38,578 nt of DNA from the IMG/VR virus record IMGVR_UViG_3300038682_000122; one strand, 5' to 3'. Positions 14,675 through 20,639 of the stretch are shown here, piece after piece. This DNA is from a virus. A program made the translations under genes and the position numbers. The notes beneath the pieces were generated by a model. The model did not search any database. It was not told the DNA's origin and saw only the letters and a program-made list of their open reading frames with translations. Each line of letters begins with the position of its first letter. Position 1 is the first letter of the stretch.

Positions 14675-15238
14675 ATGACTAGAGATTTACCAACAATTGA
14701 AACATTACGCAAGCTTTTACGCTATGAACCGGACACGGGGAAGTTATATTGGCGTGAGCGCAGTTTAGATATGTTCCAAAACAATGGGGGCAGGTATACT
14801 GCTGAACGTAATGCGAAAATATGGAACACGAGGTTTTCTGGTAAAGAGGCATTTACAGCCTTCAATGCCGGTTACCGTCATGGGCAAGTATTTAGGATTA
14901 AGCTTCGTGCGCATCGTGTAATATGGATGATGGTGCACGGGGAATGGCCAGAAGAAATAGACCACATAAACCATAACAGGGGCGATAACCGGATAGTTAA
15001 TCTTAGAAACGTTTCAAGGGCTGTGAATATGAAAAACAAGCCTATGCAGGTTAATAATACAAGCGGGTGCGTAGGTGTAACGTGGGATAAGTCGCGGAAT
15101 AAATGGAAGGTTCGAGTCCACGTAAAAGGCAAGTCAAAATTCATAGGTGATTTTTCAGAAATTGAAGATGCGATAAGCGCCCGTAAAGATGCGGAACCTA
15201 TAAGCAATTATCACGAAAATCATGGAGCGAAACCTTGA
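14675..15238 (+). CDS. HNH homing endonuclease with an AP2 DNA-binding domain
   Basis: AHRVIWMMVHGEWPEEIDHINHNRGDNRIVNLR (HNH) plus SGCVGVTWDKSRNKWKVRVHVKGKSKFIGDFSEIEDA (AP2). It is inserted between the helicase and primase genes. Confidence 0.85.
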   Translation: MTRDLPTIETLRKLLRYEPDTGKLYWRERSLDMFQNNGGRYTAERNAKIWNTRFSGKEAFTAFNAGYRHGQVFRIKLRAHRVIWMMVHGEWPEEIDHINHNRGDNRIVNLRNVSRAVNMKNKPMQVNNTSGCVGVTWDKSRNKWKVRVHVKGKSKFIGDFSEIEDAISARKDAEPISNYHENHGAKP

Positions 15239-16164
15239 TAAGCCAAAATACAGCGGATGCAGCAAAAGGAAAATGGCGCGGGATTCTAATGGCTCTAGGA
15301 TTGCCCGAGTCCTCATTGAAAGATAAGCATGGTTCCTGTCCTCTTTGTGGCGGGAAAGACCGATTCCGTTGGGATAACAAAGAAGGCAGAGGCACATACA
15401 TTTGCGGACAGTGTGGTGCTGGTAACGGCATGGAACTCGCAATCAATTACACTGGCCGAGAATTTAAGGAAGTCGCAGCGGATATTGATGGCTTGCTCGG
15501 CAATATAAAATTCAACCACGATAAGATAAAACCCGAATTAACAGACCAACAGCGCAAAAACGCTTTGCGTGATGTATGGGCAGCAACCAAGCCTATTGAG
15601 CAAGATGACTTGGCGCATAAATACCTTTCGAGCCGAAAGATTGATGAATTGATCTACCCGCCTGCACTGCGATTCGCAGAGGCTTTGCGGGATGGTGACG
15701 GTGGAATAAGGCCGTGCATGGTTGCAATGGTTGGTGTTTATGGGCAAGAGAAGTTCTGCACAATGCACCGCACGTTTCTTTCATCGTCAGGAGGAAAGGC
15801 TGAAATGCCAAGTCCTCGAAAGCTAATGCCCGGCAGCTTGCCGGATGGTGCTTGCGTGATGCTTTCTGATTATCATGGCGGGCCTTTGGGAATTGCCGAG
15901 GGGATAGAAACAGCCATGAGCGCCAGTGCGTTGTATAGCTTGCCAGTATGGGCGGCTATCAATTCAACAATGCTTGAAAAGTGGTTTCCGCCTGAAAGCT
16001 GCGATGAGATTGTGATTTTTGGCGATAACGATGCAAAATTCGGCGGGCAGAAATCGGCTTACACGCTGGCGCATAAGCTGGCGGTGAAGGGGTTTAATGT
16101 TTCCGTAAAGATACCAGATCAAGCAGGATTCGATTGGGCTGATATTTATTGCGCTAAAACATAA
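15235..16164 (+). CDS. DNA primase: P4-alpha-type Zn-binding domain plus Toprim
   Basis: CPLCGGKDRFRWDNKEGRGTYICGQCGAGNGMEL, then IAEGIETAMS and FGDNDAKFGGQ of the Toprim domain. The only start that keeps the conserved N-terminus is the TTG at 15235, which overlaps the HNH stop (TTGA). Confidence 0.8.
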   Translation: MISQNTADAAKGKWRGILMALGLPESSLKDKHGSCPLCGGKDRFRWDNKEGRGTYICGQCGAGNGMELAINYTGREFKEVAADIDGLLGNIKFNHDKIKPELTDQQRKNALRDVWAATKPIEQDDLAHKYLSSRKIDELIYPPALRFAEALRDGDGGIRPCMVAMVGVYGQEKFCTMHRTFLSSSGGKAEMPSPRKLMPGSLPDGACVMLSDYHGGPLGIAEGIETAMSASALYSLPVWAAINSTMLEKWFPPESCDEIVIFGDNDAKFGGQKSAYTLAHKLAVKGFNVSVKIPDQAGFDWADIYCAKT

Positions 16165-16172
16165 AATAACCC

Positions 16173-16212
16173 TTGCAATCCCTAGGCCATTAGCCTATAT
16201 TGAGGGTATAGA
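16173..16212 (+). promoter_or_regulatory. Promoter with a conserved 19-nt core, copy 1
   Basis: TTGCAA (16173-16178), 16-nt spacer, CTATAT (16195-16200). The core CCTATATTGAGGGTATAGA at 16194-16212 is identical to 18196-18214. Confidence 0.6.
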
Positions 16213-16231
16213 GAAACAAAGGAGAGACAAG

Positions 16232-16414
16232 ATGAAACTAGCACAGGCTCGCAAGATAGCTAAAACCGTAAAAGACGACCCAAAATGGGCGCGAGATTAC
16301 TTATCAACAGATGATTTGGCTGACGCTTTTGGCAGGTTGGATTACAACGCCAATCGCAATTGGAATGATGGCGACAAAGAATTGGCACGCACCATTTGGG
16401 ATTTTCATGCGTGA
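16232..16414 (+). CDS. Hypothetical protein
   Basis: 60-aa ORF preceded by AAGGAGAGACAAG. Confidence 0.5.
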   Translation: MKLAQARKIAKTVKDDPKWARDYLSTDDLADAFGRLDYNANRNWNDGDKELARTIWDFHA

Positions 16415-16459
16415 TATTCTGGTTAGGCCAGTTTCGGCTGGCCCTTCCTGAAGACCAAC
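16412..16459 (+). other. Stop-codon-anchored conserved hairpin element, copy A
   Basis: The element begins at the TGA (16412). The stem GGCCAG (16426-16431) pairs with CTGGCC (16438-16443) around the loop TTTCGG. It is 38/48 identical to copy B, with compensatory stem changes. Confidence 0.65.
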
Positions 16460-16619
16460 CACACAGCAACAAAAGGACTTATCTAACGCTTTATATTGTA
16501 TCAATAAATTCCGGTGCTAACCGGTTGGCGCGTCTACTTTGTGACGAATGCCAGCTTGTAGCCGCAGAACGCGCTTGTAAGGCCGCAGGCTTGGCTTGTG
16601 ACGTGCAGGAGGTTGAGCA

Positions 16620-16730
16620 ATGAACCTTCCCCAGATCACAGCGGACACGGCCCCAGAGCCTACCGTTCTAGCGGCATTGGCCATTGGCGCCGCGCTTGCT
16701 TTCATCATTGCAACAATTGCCACGAAATAA
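16620..16730 (+). CDS. 36-aa single-TM peptide (below the ORF-track cutoff)
   Basis: GCAGGAGG lies 7 nt before the ATG at 16620. Translation: MNLPQITADTAPEPTVLAALAIGAALAFIIATIATK. Confidence 0.4.
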   Translation: MNLPQITADTAPEPTVLAALAIGAALAFIIATIATK

Positions 16731-16742
16731 AGGATTTAGACT

Positions 16743-16985
16743 ATGACAACAATAAAACAAGCGGCACACATAGAATTGCGTCTGCACGTTCACAGCCAAC
16801 TGATGGAGGTATTCATGCTGCAGTGCGGGGTTGATCGTGATGAAGCCAGTGTGTTGGCCTATGGGCGCATGAAGGATTGGAGCGCGGCCAGAAGCCGCAA
16901 GGTCAAAAGCTACATCAACAACGGCTTTTTTGATCACTGCCATAATCCGCAAAATGTTGCGCACGTGCTGGATGAAATCGCCTGA
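16743..16985 (+). CDS. Hypothetical protein
   Basis: 80-aa ORF with AAGGA upstream. Confidence 0.5.
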   Translation: MTTIKQAAHIELRLHVHSQLMEVFMLQCGVDRDEASVLAYGRMKDWSAARSRKVKSYINNGFFDHCHNPQNVAHVLDEIA

Positions 16986-17030
16986 TCTTTTGGCTAGGCG
17001 CGTTGCGGCGCGCCCTTCCTGAATATCAAC
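16983..17030 (+). other. Stop-codon-anchored conserved hairpin element, copy B
   Basis: The element begins at the TGA (16983). The stem GGCGCG (16997-17002) pairs with CGCGCC (17009-17014) around the loop TTGCGG. Confidence 0.65.
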
Positions 17031-17045
17031 ATTGAAAGAAATGAA

Positions 17046-17219
17046 ATGACCCCGCAACAATTCAAAGAGATACGTGAGCAGCTTGGCCTTTCACAACCAG
17101 AACTGGCCAAGATATTGCACAAGGATAAAGGCACAATCAGCCGCTATGAGCGAGGCTTGCGAGGGGTTAGCTTTGAGCTGGCGTTTTACATGCGAAATCT
17201 TTTGGAGGAAACACAATGA
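17046..17219 (+). CDS. XRE-type HTH regulator (57 aa, absent from the ORF track)
   Basis: Translation: MTPQQFKEIREQLGLSQPELAKILHKDKGTISRYERGLRGVSFELAFYMRNLLEETQ. This is a classic HTH_3 pattern. The stop overlaps the next ATG (ATGA). Confidence 0.65.
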   Translation: MTPQQFKEIREQLGLSQPELAKILHKDKGTISRYERGLRGVSFELAFYMRNLLEETQ

Positions 17220-17671
17220 CCAAACCAACAAAACAAGAAGTGACGAAGTGGCTCGCGTCATTATCGGCGTGTGAAGGGAGCTATCCCCCAAGCGAAGAGC
17301 GCGTTTTGGCTCAAGCCGCCATTGACCTGCTCAAAGCCATTCCAGAGCCGGAGCCTGAATGGGGACCGTGGATTGGCTGGAACGGTGGTGATTGCCCTGT
17401 TGAGCATGGCGTGATTGTTGAGGTTGTTGACGTGCCTACAGGCAGTCTAACAACGTCACAGCCGGAGAGCTTGGATTGGGCTGCTGCAGAAAATTACCCA
17501 ATCATCGCCTACCGCGTCAAGAACACACCACAAAAGCTGGAGTTTTTCTGGCGTCCGAAGGATGACCATATGATGCTCTATGCCAGTAAGAAATATGCGG
17601 TAAATGAGATGAAAGGCGCAGGTTTCGACGCTGATCATGTCGAAAAAGTCGAAGTGCGGGTGATTAAATGA
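17216..17671 (+). CDS. Hypothetical protein
   Basis: 151-aa ORF, ATGA-coupled at both ends. Confidence 0.55.
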   Translation: MTKPTKQEVTKWLASLSACEGSYPPSEERVLAQAAIDLLKAIPEPEPEWGPWIGWNGGDCPVEHGVIVEVVDVPTGSLTTSQPESLDWAAAENYPIIAYRVKNTPQKLEFFWRPKDDHMMLYASKKYAVNEMKGAGFDADHVEKVEVRVIK

Positions 17672-18195
17672 CACCAGAAACCATAGCCCGCATATCCCGC
17701 AGCTTGAGCATTATTCCCCGGTGGGCTGGCAACGTAACCCGCGAGTTTTACGTTTCGGATCATTTGTTGATTGGCCTAGCATGGCTGCAATATCAGGGGG
17801 CACCCGTTGAGGTTCAACGCGCCTGGTTGATGCACGACGCGGTAGAGGCTTGGACCAGTGACGTGCCAACGCCATGCAAAACGGATGATTTCAAATCGCA
17901 GGAAAATGATCTCCTCTTAGATATGGCCATGAAAATTGGCGTGAGTTTTGATGCACTATACAGCCCAACCGTCAAGCAATGCGATTTAGAAATGGCAGCA
18001 GCCGAGGATTCAGTTATCCATTATTCCCCGTGTGGCACTTATGGCCGCGCCCCTGATCACCTGGTTTACATGATTGAAAACCGCCCTCAGCAAACATGGG
18101 CAGAACGGCAAGCTGAATTTAGCCGGGTGTGGGGAGAAATGTTTAGCGAGGCGAAAATAAATGAAAATAGGGGGTTTACATTTGGTTACGCGTAA
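17668..18195 (+). CDS. HD-domain phosphohydrolase-like protein (YfbR-type 5'-nucleotidase-like)
   Basis: RW...VSDHLLIGLAWL...LMHDAVEAWTSDVPTPCK fits the H...HD...D pattern. Confidence 0.45.
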   Translation: MTPETIARISRSLSIIPRWAGNVTREFYVSDHLLIGLAWLQYQGAPVEVQRAWLMHDAVEAWTSDVPTPCKTDDFKSQENDLLLDMAMKIGVSFDALYSPTVKQCDLEMAAAEDSVIHYSPCGTYGRAPDHLVYMIENRPQQTWAERQAEFSRVWGEMFSEAKINENRGFTFGYA

Positions 18196-18214
18196 CCTAT
18201 ATTGAGGGTATAGA
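18175..18214 (+). promoter_or_regulatory. Promoter with a conserved 19-nt core, copy 2
   Basis: TTTACA (18175-18180), 16-nt spacer, CTATAT (18197-18202). The core at 18196-18214 is identical to 16194-16212. Confidence 0.6.
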
Positions 18215-18252
18215 CAGACGGCACAGGGCCGCTGCACTCAAGGAGAGACAAA

Positions 18253-18483
18253 ATGACCAAATACAAAGCCACAGTCATGCACCACAGCATCAGCCAGGGC
18301 GAGCACATTGACGTAGGAGATAACTTGCTGACTGCAAAGCGCCGCGCCACGGCCCGGTTTGGTGCCGGATTTACCGACCATATGATTGTAATTTGGGATA
18401 CAAGCATCTCCGAATACCCAACCGACCGTGATGCTTGGGTATGCACCAAGCTGGTCAACGGCAAGTGGCGGGCATATAAATGA
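18253..18483 (+). CDS. Hypothetical protein (first gene of the small cassette)
   Basis: 76-aa ORF preceded by AAGGAGAGACAAA. Confidence 0.5.
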   Translation: MTKYKATVMHHSISQGEHIDVGDNLLTAKRRATARFGAGFTDHMIVIWDTSISEYPTDRDAWVCTKLVNGKWRAYK

Positions 18484-18632
18484 CCAACGCGGAAAAACAG
18501 AAAGCCTTCAGGCTCCGCCAAAAAGAGGCGGGGCTTAAGCTTGTGCGCATATGGGTAAAGCCAGAACACGAGCAAGCGGTGAAAGAATATGCCGAGGACT
18601 TGAAAGACGGCAAAGATTGCCAAAGCCTCTAA
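18480..18632 (+). CDS. 50-aa basic protein (below the ORF-track cutoff), possibly RHH-like
   Basis: ATGA-coupled start at 18480. Translation: MTNAEKQKAFRLRQKEAGLKLVRIWVKPEHEQAVKEYAEDLKDGKDCQSL. Confidence 0.45.
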   Translation: MTNAEKQKAFRLRQKEAGLKLVRIWVKPEHEQAVKEYAEDLKDGKDCQSL

Positions 18633-18656
18633 GCCATTCCTTCGGGGGTGGCTTTT
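18633..18656 (+). terminator. Rho-independent terminator
   Basis: GCCATTCC-TTCG-GGGGTGGC forms an 8-bp stem (including 2 G-U pairs) with a TTCG tetraloop, followed by TTTT. It lies directly after the stop at 18632. Confidence 0.7.
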
Positions 18657-18661
18657 CCCTA

Positions 18662-18689
18662 TTGCTTTTTGGCTAGGCCGTGGTAATAT
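18662..18689 (+). promoter_or_regulatory. Candidate promoter of the late/structural operon
   Basis: TTGCTT (18662-18667), 16-nt spacer, TAATAT (18684-18689). It lies about 130 nt upstream of terS. Confidence 0.45.
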
Positions 18690-18817
18690 GCTGGTGAGGG
18701 TTTTGGACCGCCACAAGCGAGGTGCTATGATATGGCAGCACGACACCCCTCAACAAATCGAAAGGACGGTGATCTTTTGTATCTATTAGGTGAAACTTTA
18801 ACGGAGGAGTTTACATA

Positions 18818-19189
18818 ATGCCCGGAGGACGCCCGACAAAATATAAACCAGAGTTCTGCCAGACCGTTATTGAGGTAGGAACCTATGGCGGGTGGCTTGC
18901 GGAAATGGCTGAGGCGTGTGACGTCGTAAGGTCGCAAATGGATGTTTGGGCAGATGCACACCCTGAGTTTTCGGAAGCGTTAACGCGCGCAAAGCAAAAA
19001 GCGCAAGCATGGTTTGAGGCTCAGGGCCGCGTAGGTCTTACCGCTGACAGGTTCAACGCCCCATTGTGGCAAAAGCAAATGAGTGCCCGCCACCGCGAAG
19101 AATACACAGAGCGCCACGACCACACAACAAACGGCAAAGACATAGCGCCAGTATTCAACACAATCTATGAAAGCAAGCCTGATGATTGA
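18818..19189 (+). CDS. terS: Terminase small subunit
   Basis: N-terminal MPGGRPTKYKPEF, an HTH typical of TerS. It sits directly upstream of TerL, with a GGAGGAG ribosome-binding site. Confidence 0.75.
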   Translation: MPGGRPTKYKPEFCQTVIEVGTYGGWLAEMAEACDVVRSQMDVWADAHPEFSEALTRAKQKAQAWFEAQGRVGLTADRFNAPLWQKQMSARHREEYTERHDHTTNGKDIAPVFNTIYESKPDD

Positions 19190-19250
19190 TTCACAAAATG
19201 CTTTAATTGCTTTCGTTCTGGCTTTTTCCGTAACTGTTCTGTTATCGTAA

Positions 19251-20639
19251 GTGAACGAACACACCTTCAGAGTAAGATGGTATCAGCGAAACTTTCACAA
19301 GGCATTAGTAGAAAGAACGCATGACAGGCTTATGGCGGTATGGCATCGACGTGCTGGCAAGGATGAAATAGTCCTAGACGCGATGCGGCAGAACGCGCTA
19401 ACAAACCCCGGCACATATTGGCACTGCTTCCCTGAACAAGCGCAAGCCCGCAAAGCTATCTGGAACGGTGTTAACGGCCATACGGGCATAAGGCGGATAT
19501 TAGAGGCATTCCCTGAAAGCATCATCAAGCGGATGCATGACGCTGATATGTTTATTGAGTTAAAGAACGGCGCAACATTTCAGCTTATCGGTTCTGATCG
19601 CTATGACAGCACGGTTGGTTCTGGCCCCAAGGGCATAGCCTATTCAGAGTGGGCATTGAGCAATCCGGCTGCATGGGCTTACCATTCCCCAATGATACGG
19701 GAATCAAAAGGATTTGCGGCTTTCATTACCACGCCACGCGGCAACAATCACGCCAAGAGAATGTTTGACCGGGCGAAATCAAGCCCGCTTTGGTTTAGCG
19801 AGTTGTTAAGCATTAATGACACAAAAACCCTGTCGCAAGACGTGCTTGACGAAGCCCTCGAGGAATATCAGGACCTGCACGGCATTGATCTGGGGTTGGC
19901 GCTATTTGAGCAAGAATACATGTGCAGTTTCTCGGGTGCACTGGTGGGCGCTTACTTTGGTGCTGAAATGAACAAGGCCGAGCGCAACGGCCAGTTTGCC
20001 GATGTCGAAATTGATGAAGCCAACCCGGTGCATTGCGTTATGGATTTGGGCAAAGCGGTCAATAACCCCGTGTGGCTGTTTCAGGTTATCGAAGGGGAGC
20101 TGCGTATTGTTGATTTTTATCAGCCGCCAACGGATGACCTAGACGATTGGTGTGCTGATTTACGTGAGCGCGGGTTTAACGGCAATACCTACGTGCCGCA
20201 TGATATTATGGTGACGGAGTGGGGCAGTAACAAAACACGCATTGAACGGCTACGCGAAAGAAAGATGAATCCAAAGCGGATCGCGCGGGTTTCTGTGGCT
20301 GATGGTTTGCAAGCCGGGCGCATGGCAATCAATGCGGCTATCTTTGACCAAAGAAAGTGCGAGATCGGCATTGAGGGCTTGAAGAATTACCGCAGGGAAT
20401 GGGATGCAGAAATGAAAACCTTTCGCGAAAACCCCGTAAAAGACTGGTCCGAGCATATCGGGTCGGCATGGCGTTATCTTGGGCTATGCTGGCGTGATGT
20501 TCCGAAGGCGGGCGCATTAGTTGCAAAACCAAAAGAATTAGAGTATGTTGTTGGCCAAGGTGGCATTATCCAAGGCAATATGTCTGTCAAGGACGCCGTT
20601 GAAGCGATGGTGAAACGCAGGAAGGCCCGCAATGAGTGA
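19251..20639 (+). CDS. terL: Terminase large subunit
   Basis: Walker A-like WHRRAGKD after WYQRNFHKAL. 462 aa, followed by the portal gene with an overlapping start. The start is a GTG at 19251; there is no in-frame ATG before the Walker A motif. Confidence 0.8.
   Translation: MNEHTFRVRWYQRNFHKALVERTHDRLMAVWHRRAGKDEIVLDAMRQNALTNPGTYWHCFPEQAQARKAIWNGVNGHTGIRRILEAFPESIIKRMHDADMFIELKNGATFQLIGSDRYDSTVGSGPKGIAYSEWALSNPAAWAYHSPMIRESKGFAAFITTPRGNNHAKRMFDRAKSSPLWFSELLSINDTKTLSQDVLDEALEEYQDLHGIDLGLALFEQEYMCSFSGALVGAYFGAEMNKAERNGQFADVEIDEANPVHCVMDLGKAVNNPVWLFQVIEGELRIVDFYQPPTDDLDDWCADLRERGFNGNTYVPHDIMVTEWGSNKTRIERLRERKMNPKRIARVSVADGLQAGRMAINAAIFDQRKCEIGIEGLKNYRREWDAEMKTFRENPVKDWSEHIGSAWRYLGLCWRDVPKAGALVAKPKELEYVVGQGGIIQGNMSVKDAVEAMVKRRKARNE

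Noticed and set aside
14631-14678. 15-codon mini-ORF coupled to the HNH-AP2 start
   Set aside because: It is too short to support as a gene from sequence alone. It is mentioned under the homing-endonuclease finding.
16396-16623. 75-aa plus-strand ORF across the post-primase gap
   Set aside because: It has only a TTG start that overlaps the previous gene, and no ribosome-binding site. It contains hairpin copy A and the repeat array. It is kept only as an open question in the findings.
18186-18746. 186-aa minus-strand ORF
   Set aside because: It runs through a plus-strand promoter, two coupled plus-strand genes and a terminator. No supporting start signals.
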